DNA from: a virus
Direction: 5' to 3' (one strand)
DNA length: 64,000 nucleotides
IMG/VR virus record: IMGVR_UViG_3300030685_000017
Coordinates: 60,608-124,607 of that record
A program made the position numbers and the translations under genes. The notes beneath the pieces were generated by a model, which was not told where the DNA came from, ran no database searches, and saw only the letters and a program-made list of their open reading frames with translations. Shown piece by piece: positions 37,026 through 47,264 of this stretch (position 1 is the stretch's first letter; the number at the start of each line of letters is the position of its first letter).

Positions 37026-40000
37026 ATGACAGTAGAACAATGGTTAGGAAAAGATAACATACTTGGTATTGATATTTGGCATAAGAAATATCAATACCAA
37101 GATGAAACATTTGAAGAATGGATTAATAGAATATCCGATGGAAATTCAGAAATAAAAGAACTTATTCTTCAAAAAAAATTCTTATTCGGTGGAAGGATTT
37201 TATCAAATAGAGGATTAGAAAAATTAGGAAAAAAGATTAGTTTAAGTAATTGCTATGTAATGTCACCTCCTGATGATAATATTGAATCAATATTTGATTG
37301 TGCTAAGAAACTTGCTAGAACATATTCCTACGGAGGTGGATGCGGTATCGATATTGGTAAACTTAGACCCAATGGATGTAAAGTAAATAATGCCGCAGAT
37401 AAAACAACCGGAGCAGTATCATTTATGGATTTATATTCAATGGTTACTGGATTAATAGGACAGTCTGGAAGACGCGGAGCTTTGATGATATCAATACCAT
37501 GCACTCATCCCGATTTGCTTGAGTTTATTGATGTAAAAACAGATCTAAATAGAGTAACCAAAGCTAATATATCTATAAGAATTACAAATGAATTTATGAA
37601 AGCAGTTAAGGATAAAAGACAATTTTTATTATATTTTGATATAGAATCTACTGGTGAACATATAGAAAAAAAAGTAAATGCATATGAAGTATTTCATAAA
37701 TTATGTGAAAATAACTGGAATTATGCAGAACCCGGTATGTTATTTTGGGATACAATAACTGGATATAACTTATTAAGTAATAATAAAGATTTTGAATATG
37801 CAGGTACTAATCCATGCGTAACAGGAGATACTCTTATATTAACAAATAAAGGATATTTTCAAATAAGAGATATAGTAGATAAGCCAACAACCATATGGAA
37901 CGGATATGAATGGTCGGATGTATACGTAAGAATTACTGGCACTAATCAAAAAATGCTTAAAATAACTTTATCTGATGGATCTGAATTAGACTGTACAAGA
38001 TATCATAAATTCATTTTATCAGATAACTCTAGAGTAGAAGCAAATAATTTAAATATAGGAGACAAATTAATAAAATGTATCTTCCCTATTATAGAAGGAG
38101 AAAATAATAGTTTAGAAAAAATAGCATATACTCAAGGATTTTTTATGGGGGATGGATCTTCTGAAAGTAATAGAAAAAGATTATCAATTAAATTAATCGG
38201 AGAAAAAAGAAAAGTAATTGATAGATTAATATATTCAAATAATAACTATTGTCCTTCTTTTGATGGTGATTTTTTAACACTAGAATATAACAAACAAGCC
38301 TTTAATAAAGAATTTGTTCCAGACGCCAAATATAATATTAGGACAAGGCTAAATTGGTTAGCTGGCTATATTGATTCAGATGGAACACTACAATCCAAAG
38401 ATGGAAGTATTAGTATAAGTTCGATTAATAAATCTATTTTGTTAAAAGTAAAATATTTACTTAACACCATAGGATGTAATGGTACAATAAGTATGATGTA
38501 TCCAGAACAAATTAAAGAAATGCCTAAGAATGATGGAACAGAAAATACAATAGAATGTCTTTGTCAAACATCATATCGTTTATTAATAAGTTGTTATAAT
38601 ATAAAGCGGCTTGTTGATTTAGGACTTAGTTTAACAAGAGTACCCATGATTGCAAATCCTGACAGAGATGCATCCAGATATATATATGTAAAGGACATAA
38701 AAGAAATAGAAGATTGTGAAACCGTATATTGTTTTAATGAACCAAAAAATCACTCTGGAATCTTTAATGGAGTTATAACTGCGCAGTGCGCCGAAGAACC
38801 CTTACCCGCGGGTGGAAGCTGTTTATTGGGCAGTATTAACCTATCCGCATTTGTAAAAAATGATTCATTTGATTTTGGTGATTTTAGTAATACTGTATCA
38901 ACAGCTGTAATTGCATTGAATGAAGTACTCGATGAAGGATTACTTTTACATCCCTTACAAGAACAACGTGACACCGTAAGAGATTGGAGACAAATCGGTT
39001 TAGGTATTATGGGATTAGCAGATATGTTAATCAAACTTAAATTGACTTATGGATCAAAAGAATCTATTGAATTATGCGATAATATTGGAAAATGTTTAAC
39101 TAATAAAGCTATTATACAATCTGCATATTTAGCTAAAGTAAACAAAACTACGTATCCAAAATATAATCCTTTAATTGTAGAAACAGAATTTTTTAACACC
39201 AATATAACAAATACTGATGATCGTGAATTAGTAAAAAAATATGGGTTAATGAATTCACAATTATTAACTATTGCACCGACTGGTACACTTTCTACAATGC
39301 TTGGAATTTCAGGTGGAATAGAACCGATTTATGCAAATTTCTATACACGTAAAACGGAATCACTTCATGGTCATGATGAATATTATAAAGTTTATACTCC
39401 AATTGTAGAACGATATATGCAAGATAATAAAATAAAAGACGATAAAGATTTACCTAAATTTTTTATTACTTCTCAAGAATTAGATTTCTATGATAGAATA
39501 AAAATGCAAGAAGTATGGCAAAAGCATATTGATGCTTCTATTTCATCCACTATTAATTTATCACATGATGCTACGGTTGAAGAAGTAGAAAAATTATATA
39601 TATATGCTTGGCAACATAATTTAAAAGGGGTTACAGTATATAGAGATGGTTGTAAACGTAGTGGTATTCTTACAACTACTGAAATTAAATCTGACACATC
39701 GTCTACTTCTATACAAAAATCAGAACCAATTCCTCGTGGTATGATTATAAAGGCTGATGATAATTGTATTGGACGTAAACGTACATTACAAACTGGTTGT
39801 GGAAGTCTACATGTTGAAGCATTCTTTGATCCTACAACTGGAGAACTACTTGAAACATATTTCAGCAAAGGGAGTTCAGGGGGTTGTGGAAATTTTATGG
39901 TAGGTCTATCTCGTATGATTTCTTTATCAGCTAGAGGAGGAGTAGATATATATTCTATTGTTGATCAACTTAATTCTAGTGGTTCATGCCCATCGTACGC

Positions 40001-40271
40001 TGTAAGAAGTGCTACAAAACATGATACAAGTAAAGGCTCTTGTTGTCCAGTCGCGATTGGTAATGTGTTATTAGAAATGTATGAAGAAGTACATAATGAT
40101 ATATTTGAAGAAGATGAAGAAAACGAAGAAGAACATCTTATAATCACAACATCCCTTAAAATTACTCCTAAACAATTAGATAAAAATAACTGTCCTCAAT
40201 GCGGAGAATCTTTAATATTCGAGGGTGGATGTATAATTTGTAAAAATTGTGGATGGTCGAAATGTGAATAA
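37026..40271 (+). CDS. nrdJ: class II (B12-dependent) ribonucleotide reductase with intein and C-terminal TSCPD/Zn-ribbon
   Basis: SNC, GGG.G, RRGA.M, TNP|CAE, GSC.LGS.NL, TIAPTG, C-terminal CPQC..C..C; no beta-subunit gene adjacent. Confidence 0.9.
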   Translation: MTVEQWLGKDNILGIDIWHKKYQYQDETFEEWINRISDGNSEIKELILQKKFLFGGRILSNRGLEKLGKKISLSNCYVMSPPDDNIESIFDCAKKLARTYSYGGGCGIDIGKLRPNGCKVNNAADKTTGAVSFMDLYSMVTGLIGQSGRRGALMISIPCTHPDLLEFIDVKTDLNRVTKANISIRITNEFMKAVKDKRQFLLYFDIESTGEHIEKKVNAYEVFHKLCENNWNYAEPGMLFWDTITGYNLLSNNKDFEYAGTNPCVTGDTLILTNKGYFQIRDIVDKPTTIWNGYEWSDVYVRITGTNQKMLKITLSDGSELDCTRYHKFILSDNSRVEANNLNIGDKLIKCIFPIIEGENNSLEKIAYTQGFFMGDGSSESNRKRLSIKLIGEKRKVIDRLIYSNNNYCPSFDGDFLTLEYNKQAFNKEFVPDAKYNIRTRLNWLAGYIDSDGTLQSKDGSISISSINKSILLKVKYLLNTIGCNGTISMMYPEQIKEMPKNDGTENTIECLCQTSYRLLISCYNIKRLVDLGLSLTRVPMIANPDRDASRYIYVKDIKEIEDCETVYCFNEPKNHSGIFNGVITAQCAEEPLPAGGSCLLGSINLSAFVKNDSFDFGDFSNTVSTAVIALNEVLDEGLLLHPLQEQRDTVRDWRQIGLGIMGLADMLIKLKLTYGSKESIELCDNIGKCLTNKAIIQSAYLAKVNKTTYPKYNPLIVETEFFNTNITNTDDRELVKKYGLMNSQLLTIAPTGTLSTMLGISGGIEPIYANFYTRKTESLHGHDEYYKVYTPIVERYMQDNKIKDDKDLPKFFITSQELDFYDRIKMQEVWQKHIDASISSTINLSHDATVEEVEKLYIYAWQHNLKGVTVYRDGCKRSGILTTTEIKSDTSSTSIQKSEPIPRGMIIKADDNCIGRKRTLQTGCGSLHVEAFFDPTTGELLETYFSKGSSGGCGNFMVGLSRMISLSARGGVDIYSIVDQLNSSGSCPSYAVRSATKHDTSKGSCCPVAIGNVLLEMYEEVHNDIFEEDEENEEEHLIITTSLKITPKQLDKNNCPQCGESLIFEGGCIICKNCGWSKCE
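37815..38786 (+). mobile_element. intein (324 aa) with LAGLIDADG homing endonuclease, Gln C-terminus
   Basis: CVTGDT start; QGFFMGDG and LAGYIDSDG motifs; ends FNGVITAQ before CAEEPL. Confidence 0.9.
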
Positions 40272-40390
40272 GATATATTTAATTCCTATTGTAATAAATA
40301 AAAACGCTTTACAAAATTTTGCTGGTCATAGTCAATATGATCAGCAAAAAGATAAAGAAAAAAGATATAATAATAAGGAGATTTTTAATA

Positions 40391-40903
40391 ATGATAGAAA
40401 TAAATTTTGCAAAAGTTCATCCAGATGCAATTATTCCATCTAAAGATAAAGAAAATGCAGGATATGATATTTATGCTAGATTTGATAATGAACGGATATT
40501 AATCTACCCCGGAGATACAATTATGATCCCATGCGGTATAGCGAGTTCGTTCAGTGATGGATATGTAATGATATTAAAAGAACGTGGATCAACTGGTACT
40601 AAAGGAATTGGTCAAAGATCTGGTGTAATAGATTCTGGTTATCGTAACGAATGGCTTTGTCCTATTACTAATCATAATCATTTTAAAATACTAGTAATAT
40701 CTAAATTACCTGAACAAGAATATTATACTAAATATCAAGATATTACTCCAGAAGAAATAATTTTTTATCCATATACAAAAGCGATATGTCAAGCACTATT
40801 ACTCTCTGTTCCAGATACGGAAGTTACAGAATTATCCTATGAAGAATTACAAAAAATACCCTCAAAAAGACAAGGTGGAAAACTAGGTTCTACAGGAAAA
40901 TAA
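40391..40903 (+). CDS. dut: dUTPase (trimeric type)
   Basis: AGYDI, ERGSTG, GVIDSGYR, CQ, RQGGKLGSTG; SD AAGGAG before ATG 40391. Confidence 0.9.
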   Translation: MIEINFAKVHPDAIIPSKDKENAGYDIYARFDNERILIYPGDTIMIPCGIASSFSDGYVMILKERGSTGTKGIGQRSGVIDSGYRNEWLCPITNHNHFKILVISKLPEQEYYTKYQDITPEEIIFYPYTKAICQALLLSVPDTEVTELSYEELQKIPSKRQGGKLGSTGK

Positions 40904-40920
40904 GGCTCTAAAAAGTAAAA

Positions 40921-40954
40921 AAAGGGAAATTACACGTTAATGTAATTTCCCTTT
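40921..40954. terminator. bidirectional terminator at the convergence of the two arms
   Basis: AAAGGGAAATTACA/TGTAATTTCCCTTT with flanking A/T tracts. Confidence 0.8.
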
Positions 40955-40958
40955 AAAT

Positions 40959-41393
40959 TTATCTTATTTCCATTGAGTTTATCAATGGAATCACCCTTTC
41001 TTTTATGAGGTGATCACCATCTTTTGCTAAATAGATTTCTGCCATTGAATTGAAAGTTTCATACTGCTCTTTACTAATATAATTTTGTTCTTTAATTTTA
41101 TCATAAAAAGAATTTAATAAAAAACCATACAGAACCACTGTATTGGCTTTTTCTTCCTCTCTCATACTATCTATTGTGTGACTGATATCATTTAATGTCT
41201 TGTATTGTAATTCATCATGATTTTCTAAACGTCTTATACGATGCTCGATAGCATCTGCATTAGTCTTGATATTAAAACGCTTTTTATAGAAGTCTATGAA
41301 CGAAATAACGTCCTTAATTAAACTTATTAATATAAATACCCCTATGATAATTTCGATCAAATTTAAGCTCTTAAACCCATCTAAAAAGTCCAT
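40959..41393 (-). CDS. membrane protein of the lysis module
   Basis: N-terminal TM helix + coiled coil, next to endolysin. Confidence 0.6.
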   Translation of the reverse strand: MDFLDGFKSLNLIEIIIGVFILISLIKDVISFIDFYKKRFNIKTNADAIEHRIRRLENHDELQYKTLNDISHTIDSMREEEKANTVVLYGFLLNSFYDKIKEQNYISKEQYETFNSMAEIYLAKDGDHLIKERVIPLINSMEIR

Positions 41394-41461
41394 TGTATTC
41401 TACCTCAATGTTGTTATATTATAATCTATGGGTATAGACTTTTATCTATACCCCGTTAATA

Positions 41462-42235
41462 TTAAGCAGTTACTTTATTTCTTTTTCCAGCTAAAATTTC
41501 ATCATGACCATTAGTAATATAATGCTGATAATATTTAACCATATCCGCTCCAAATTTAGTTGCTAAATCTGGATTATTCTTTTTATATACAACTGGATTA
41601 AAAGTAGAAATAGCTTGTCGAGACTCTTTCATACCATTATTAATAAAATGATTAAATAATGCAGATGATGTACCAAGTACTGATAAATCTGAAAATTTAT
41701 TAGAATAAAATGTAGGATCAAATACCAAAGAATAGTTTAAACCATTAGACATATAAGAACCCATTGTAATAGTTACGGTTCCAGAAACAGGAGTATCAAA
41801 TAATTTCTTTTCTGCTATGCGCCTTTTAGTTAATCCCAGAACTTTTACTCCACCATCATGATCATAGTTAAGAATATTAGCAGAAATAGCCGAAATAGGT
41901 TTACTTCCTTTTCCCACAAGACTATCAATAGATCCAATATTATATGCAAAATCTACTAAAGCATCTAATTGATTCTGATTAAAATTATATTTTGCATCAT
42001 ATTTATTTACTAATGGAACATATTTTGTATTTACTACTTTAACAAAATCTTTATTTGCTTGATCTTGAGTTATTTTAAGACCAGCCTTTACATTATATCC
42101 AATAATACTAGCAACTGCATTAGTCATTCCATATCCAATAGTCCAAATTCCACCACTATCTCTATAAACGTCTAATTCACAACCTTCAAAACTTTTAATC
42201 AAATTAATACCATTCTGACTAATTGTCTTACTCAT
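41462..42235 (-). CDS. endolysin, GH24 lysozyme + C-terminal repeat binding domain
   Basis: FEGC...Y.D.GG.WTIGYG, DAL..F.YN.G, GL..RR..E; two F.P..Y.....DL...H....G..E repeats. Confidence 0.9.
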   Translation of the reverse strand: MSKTISQNGINLIKSFEGCELDVYRDSGGIWTIGYGMTNAVASIIGYNVKAGLKITQDQANKDFVKVVNTKYVPLVNKYDAKYNFNQNQLDALVDFAYNIGSIDSLVGKGSKPISAISANILNYDHDGGVKVLGLTKRRIAEKKLFDTPVSGTVTITMGSYMSNGLNYSLVFDPTFYSNKFSDLSVLGTSSALFNHFINNGMKESRQAISTFNPVVYKKNNPDLATKFGADMVKYYQHYITNGHDEILAGKRNKVTA

Positions 42236-42249
42236 TTTATCTTATCTCC

Positions 42250-42624
42250 TTATTTAGAAACTGTATTAACTGCTACAGTAGTCTCTTTACTCTTTTTAAT
42301 AATTTGTTCAATCTTTGCACTTACATAAACAGAAAAATTACCATAAAGTTTAGCAATATATTTTTCTCCGTTTTCACCTATAAGTTGTTTTACTATCTCA
42401 ATAGCTTTTTCTTTAGCGGCATCCTGAGCGGCTTGATCAAATTTCCCATCTTTTTTAAGAGCATCCACATAAGTTTGAGCCACAGCTCCTACCGCTGTTT
42501 CAATTGCTTCAATAATTATTTTAAGATTTGCGTCTTTAATATAAGAGTTGATTGCTACTGCAAAGATACTAAGAATACCAATACCACTACCAGTTATAAT
42601 TACATACATAATATTTTGAAACAT
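42250..42624 (-). CDS. holin-like protein (LL-H type)
   Basis: N-terminal TM; AV..V.QTYVD.LKK.G.FD motif. Confidence 0.7.
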   Translation of the reverse strand: MFQNIMYVIITGSGIGILSIFAVAINSYIKDANLKIIIEAIETAVGAVAQTYVDALKKDGKFDQAAQDAAKEKAIEIVKQLIGENGEKYIAKLYGNFSVYVSAKIEQIIKKSKETTVAVNTVSK

Positions 42625-42643
42625 TTTATTTCTCCTTTGTTCA

Positions 42644-43069
42644 TTAATTAGTTGTTGTGTTTATTGTGTCTTTTATAGCTTCTACAGTTTCTTTAACAGA
42701 ATTTACCACATCTATCATAGAATTATCTGTAGTAATTTTTAAAGTTTCATTTGTATCTTGTGCTTGAGAATGTGTTTCCCAACCACTTTTAACTAAGAAA
42801 GATACTAAGAACGTAAATATACTTGCATTAATGCCTATTAATACTACTTGTAAAGCAGTAAAAGCATATTCAGTAATTCCTAAAATTCCACTTTGAGGTA
42901 CAAGATAAAATATAAAATACGCATCAATAATCATAATAAAAAATAAAACAATATAAGCAATAATTTTACTTGTTTGAGGTCTTTTTATTTTATATTTTTC
43001 TTTTAGATCATACATATCTTTTCTTTGTTTTAATTCATTTTCTAATGAAGTTAAATCTGTTTTGAACAT
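42644..43069 (-). CDS. two-TM membrane protein (holin-like)
   Basis: TSK + two TM segments + KS..E. Confidence 0.6.
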   Translation of the reverse strand: MFKTDLTSLENELKQRKDMYDLKEKYKIKRPQTSKIIAYIVLFFIMIIDAYFIFYLVPQSGILGITEYAFTALQVVLIGINASIFTFLVSFLVKSGWETHSQAQDTNETLKITTDNSMIDVVNSVKETVEAIKDTINTTTN

Positions 43070-43084
43070 AAGTCTCCTTTTATT

Positions 43085-44101
43085 TTAAATTATATTTAAC
43101 ATAATCTGTTTAATATTTAGATTATCATTACAAATATAACATCTTTCTGTAACTCTAGTGTCTGCATGACCTAACATAATAGATACTAATTTTATATCTT
43201 TAGTCTTATTATATAATTCAGAAGCGAACGTTTTTCTAAAGATATGTACTGTGGTTTTTACGTGCACATTAGATTTTTTTCCTATATTTTTTGCTATTGT
43301 TTCAATTGTACCTTGTACCATTTCTTTACTATTTATATTATTTTTCTGAGAAATAAAAACATATCCATTTTGTCTATCATTAATATACTTTTTTAATTCT
43401 ATACAAGCTCTATATGATAATATTCCTTCTCTTTCAGAACTATCACTTTTATATCCATGTATTTTTATTTCTCTTGTAGAAAAATTTATATCTGTAATTT
43501 TTAATTTTGTTATTTCTCCAACACGCATACCCGTACTAAGCATTAATTCATATAAAGCTTTTTCTCTATTATTATTGATATTGGTTCTACATAATTCAAT
43601 TTCTTCTTTTGTAAGTCTATCTTTTTTACAAGATTTTTGATGTACTCTATCTATATCTAATACTATATTTTCTGAAATATGATGTTTTTTAAATGCCCAT
43701 TGAAAGAATATTAACAAATTACGACAAATAGTGGCAATATAATTTTGAGATAAATGATTATTATTTTTAATTTTAATATACTGTTTAATAGCTAAAAAAT
43801 CAATTATATTTTGACTAATTACTTCTTTATAATTTAATTTAGTATATTTTAAAAAGCTATTAACTGTATAAATATAACATTTTATTGTTGAAATTTTTAT
43901 ACCTTTAGCCAACATATCTAAACTGAATCTTTTTATAATCCATTCATTCGTTTTTATTTCTGTAGTTATTTCTTTTTTCATAGGAGTAATTTCAAAATCG
44001 GTTAATTTTACTATAAGTATTGTTTTTAAAAAATTCTGATGTTCAACATCTAAAAATTTAATTGTCTCTGCTAAAATATCATTAATAATTTGCTCTTTCA
44101 T
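43085..44101 (-). CDS. tyrosine recombinase, candidate invertase of the tail-fibre cassette
   Basis: TGMRVGE, HIFR, LGH, Tyr; directly adjacent to the inverted repeat. Confidence 0.85.
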   Translation of the reverse strand: MKEQIINDILAETIKFLDVEHQNFLKTILIVKLTDFEITPMKKEITTEIKTNEWIIKRFSLDMLAKGIKISTIKCYIYTVNSFLKYTKLNYKEVISQNIIDFLAIKQYIKIKNNNHLSQNYIATICRNLLIFFQWAFKKHHISENIVLDIDRVHQKSCKKDRLTKEEIELCRTNINNNREKALYELMLSTGMRVGEITKLKITDINFSTREIKIHGYKSDSSEREGILSYRACIELKKYINDRQNGYVFISQKNNINSKEMVQGTIETIAKNIGKKSNVHVKTTVHIFRKTFASELYNKTKDIKLVSIMLGHADTRVTERCYICNDNLNIKQIMLNII

Positions 44102-44185
44102 TAATTTTCTCCTTAAAGTTTTGTTAAATTAATTATAGCACTTTTAAAAGAAAAAATCAATGAAAGAATAAAAAATTTTATTCCG

Positions 44186-44499
44186 TTAAATGGTAAATTA
44201 ATTCTTTACGATAACCACGATTTAAAAATAGAAAAATCGGATCCAGAATATTTTGGACTAGCAAAGCTAATGGAACAGATGTTTCTAATCTTGGAACTAC
44301 AATTCCAATATTACCCGCGTATTTCCCAAAAGATAATATTATCTCTCCTGCATCCCACATGAATACCGCCGGTGCATGGTATAGCGGTGGAACAGCCCGT
44401 ATAAATACAAACGGGTCAATGAGTTTTGCATATGGTGGTACGACGCAAATAGTGGAAAACTCTGGATGGTATGGATTTAATTTTAGTTATTCTATTTAA
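44186..44499 (+). other. silent, start-less alternative tail-fibre tip cassette (inverted; 1-nt frameshift in A-run ~44232)
   Basis: LNGKLILYDNHDLKIEK/IGSRIFW...ILPAYFPKDN...ARINTNGSM...GFNFSYSI*, same architecture as the expressed tip. Confidence 0.75.
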
Positions 44500-44861
44500 C
44501 TCTCTATTATACTATCAGCCATTAGCAATATATCTTATACCATATTGTGCAGCATATACAGTGGTATCAGCAGTGTAATGCGCATAAAGAGAAAGAGTAC
44601 CTTTTGCAAGAGAAATACCAATTACAGTGCCAGTCCAAGTATTAATCGTGTTACCCATTCCACAATTTAATATGTTGTCTACACGAGGAAGATATTTGCT
44701 ATTATCAAAGGTTAAAACCAAGCCATTGTTTGCTAATCCTGCGGGATAATATCCATCAATGTATATTTCTTTCGTTGCTGAATTATATAATGCACTTGTT
44801 ATTGTGATATGCGTAGCTGTAATATGTGACGTTATATCTACCCAAGTCAAATTACCATTTA
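44187..44861. repeat. inverted repeats TAAATGGTAA (44187-44196 and 44852-44861) bounding the invertible segment
   Basis: TTAAATGGTAAATTA (+) vs ATAAATGGTAATTTG (-), both read in the (L/I)NG(K/N)L frame. Confidence 0.75.
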
Positions 44862-45174
44862 TTTGAGTGATTTCATTCCCAATATTGTCTTGTATTACAT
44901 TATATCCAGACGTCGGAGAAATAATAATTGTTCCTCCATTAGTAATTGCTGTTGTAATTTTATATAAAATACCTCCATAAACTAAAAATTCTCCTATAGC
45001 ATATGCTTTAGATGCTATTAATGTAGTTTCTATTGTGGCAAAATTATGCATTGTATTAGTTATTCCATCAGAAGCATATATATCATCAGTTATTGCAAAA
45101 TAAGAAACAGGAGAAAAACCAGTATCTTTTTTTATTAATTTTTTTTGATGCGTAATTGTGGATAAAGTACTCAT
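44515..45174 (-). CDS. tail fibre / receptor-binding protein with exchangeable C-terminal tip
   Basis: SKAYA.G.F.VY.G..Y..T.AI..G module, then NEITQINGNL, then variable tip. Confidence 0.75.
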   Translation of the reverse strand: MSTLSTITHQKKLIKKDTGFSPVSYFAITDDIYASDGITNTMHNFATIETTLIASKAYAIGEFLVYGGILYKITTAITNGGTIIISPTSGYNVIQDNIGNEITQINGNLTWVDITSHITATHITITSALYNSATKEIYIDGYYPAGLANNGLVLTFDNSKYLPRVDNILNCGMGNTINTWTGTVIGISLAKGTLSLYAHYTADTTVYAAQYGIRYIANG

Positions 45175-45264
45175 ATATTATTTTCTCCTTAATTTAATTT
45201 TTGATTTTCTAATTATATATTATAAAATCATGTTTTTCTAATATAGTCAGTAATATTGTTTTCA

Positions 45265-46188
45265 TTAAGATAAAGATAATCCATATATTAATTTTCCATT
45301 GTAAACTAAACTGGAAACTTCTACACCATTATAAAATACTTGCTGTACAGCTGAACCGTTATAGTATAGATTAAAAATTTTATCATATGCGGCAAAGGTA
45401 ATTCTAGCCAAACCATTGCCTTGCTGAATACTATTAGACATTGATGCAGAATATGTTACACCATTTATTGTTATAGCCGGAACCCCTCCAGTAAAACCAG
45501 ATCCCCCAGAACCACCTCCATCTTGCCAACCACTACCTCCACCATAAAGACCTCCTCCGCCTCCACCTTCTATTGAATAGTTACTTCCTGCAGAAGTTTT
45601 AGTTCCAGATCCCTGACCAAATCCAGCCCACATTGCTCCTTGTGATGTTCCTGCAGAAGTTTGAGATCCACCAGTACCACCATCTCCAGCTGTTTGCCCT
45701 GTTAAACCTCCACCATATCCTCCACCATATATTCCATGTCCATCTACACACTTATCTCCACCACCACCTCCAGCAACAATTAATATCTCTGGAATATAAG
45801 AAGCAAAGTTGCTTAGTACTCCTCTATTAGTAAGAGTTATAGACGTACATCCACCACCAGAAGCAAGGTATCCTGTTCCACCATTACCATAAGCAATATT
45901 ACCACCACCATTGTAACCACCAGGTAAATAATTAGCTTGTGCAGAACCAACATGTTTACCAGAACCAGTACCACCTACAGCAATATAGATAGTTTGATTC
46001 TTTGTTAACTGTACATACCCAACTGAATAACCACCATATCCACCTTGGTTTAACGAACATCCACCTTGCGCCCCCCATGTTTCAAGTTTATATACTCCTG
46101 CAACCGGTGCTGTAAACGATTGTATTCCACCTATATAAGCATAATCGTTGTAAGCCCCAATTATTGGGTTAATTGATGCAATTGACAT
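45265..46188 (-). CDS. glycine-rich tail-associated protein
   Basis: GVYKLETWGAQGG, GGYGGYS.G, GGYNGGG, IVAGGGGG repeats. Confidence 0.75.
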   Translation of the reverse strand: MSIASINPIIGAYNDYAYIGGIQSFTAPVAGVYKLETWGAQGGCSLNQGGYGGYSVGYVQLTKNQTIYIAVGGTGSGKHVGSAQANYLPGGYNGGGNIAYGNGGTGYLASGGGCTSITLTNRGVLSNFASYIPEILIVAGGGGGDKCVDGHGIYGGGYGGGLTGQTAGDGGTGGSQTSAGTSQGAMWAGFGQGSGTKTSAGSNYSIEGGGGGGLYGGGSGWQDGGGSGGSGFTGGVPAITINGVTYSASMSNSIQQGNGLARITFAAYDKIFNLYYNGSAVQQVFYNGVEVSSLVYNGKLIYGLSLS

Positions 46189-46204
46189 GAAATATCACCT
46201 CTTC

Positions 46205-46594
46205 TCATATTACTGAAACAAGATATAGAATTTTGTTCGTTGCATCATATGAATTCACTTTGATATTTACATTATTCTTTAATGCAGTGATTTCATTCCC
46301 AATATTGTCTTGTATTACATTATATCCAGACGTCGGAGAAATAATAATTGTTCCTCCATTAGTAATTGCTGTTGTAACACGATAAATAAGTCCATTATAA
46401 ACAAAAAAGTCATTTACTGCATATGCTTTAGAAGTTGTTAATGTAGTTTCCACATTAGAAAGATTAGTTATGAATGGAACACTACCATCAGAATTATATA
46501 TATCATCTATAACGCCCCAATGGGATATTTTTGCAAATCCAGTACTTTGTTTAATATATTGTTTATAATGAATTATTGTAGATAAAATACTCAT
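46205..46594 (-). CDS. short paralog of the tail-fibre N-terminal module
   Basis: Shares 92 identical bp (46286-46377) with 44866-44957. Confidence 0.75.
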   Translation of the reverse strand: MSILSTIIHYKQYIKQSTGFAKISHWGVIDDIYNSDGSVPFITNLSNVETTLTTSKAYAVNDFFVYNGLIYRVTTAITNGGTIIISPTSGYNVIQDNIGNEITALKNNVNIKVNSYDATNKILYLVSVI

Positions 46595-46609
46595 TAATTT
46601 TTCTCCTTA

Positions 46610-46912
46610 TTAATATTCTTGCATCCAAAACAATTTTCCAGACATTTGATCATCTGTAGGTTCTGTTATCGCAAATACCGTATCTTGATACTTTGTCATT
46701 AAAAGTACTTGAGTACCAACATTTACAAGACATTCTTCTATATTATTTAATTTACTAGCTCTGAATCCTTTATTAAGACTATTGGTATTTAGACTAGATA
46801 CAGCATCAGTGTAATTATGTAAATTTACCTGATTTTTATAAGTAGATATTGCGTTAGAATCATCTAATGCAATATCACTATTTGGTATATAATTATAATT
46901 TACAAAACTCAT
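46610..46912 (-). CDS. small tail/baseplate protein
   Basis: Ends TEPT......FWMQEY, like neighbours. Confidence 0.6.
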   Translation of the reverse strand: MSFVNYNYIPNSDIALDDSNAISTYKNQVNLHNYTDAVSSLNTNSLNKGFRASKLNNIEECLVNVGTQVLLMTKYQDTVFAITEPTDDQMSGKLFWMQEY

Positions 46913-47248
46913 TTATACCTCCTGATACCAAAAGGTATCAACTTCACAATCTATTGTCGGTTCAGTAGTAGATATAATTGTTGATCTATTTGATAGAGCA
47001 AATAAACCTATATTATATAATTCTTCTTCTATCTTATTTAATATAGTAGCATCTATCCAATACGGTTTAAGTAAAGTAGCATTAGCTTCAATTAGAGCTT
47101 GTGCACTATTTATATTTCCTACATTCATAAATGTATAATATTGTAAAATTATATCTTTTACCGTATCATCCATATCTTTAAAATTAGATAAAGAAATTAC
47201 TGAACTTGGAAATTGACTACCAGATTCATGAGAATACGTAGTACTCAT
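46913..47248 (-). CDS. small tail/baseplate protein
   Basis: Ends TEPT......FWYQEV. Confidence 0.6.
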   Translation of the reverse strand: MSTTYSHESGSQFPSSVISLSNFKDMDDTVKDIILQYYTFMNVGNINSAQALIEANATLLKPYWIDATILNKIEEELYNIGLFALSNRSTIISTTEPTIDCEVDTFWYQEV

Positions 47249-47264
47249 TCTTTTCTCCTTTTAT

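Noticed and set aside
44178-44360. 60-aa minus-strand ORF upstream of the recombinase
   Set aside because: It is the antisense of the silent tail-tip cassette, which reads as a fibre domain on the + strand.
44178-46594. Diversity-generating retroelement acting on the tail fibre
   Set aside because: No reverse transcriptase in the window, and the 92-bp repeat is identical rather than differing at adenines.
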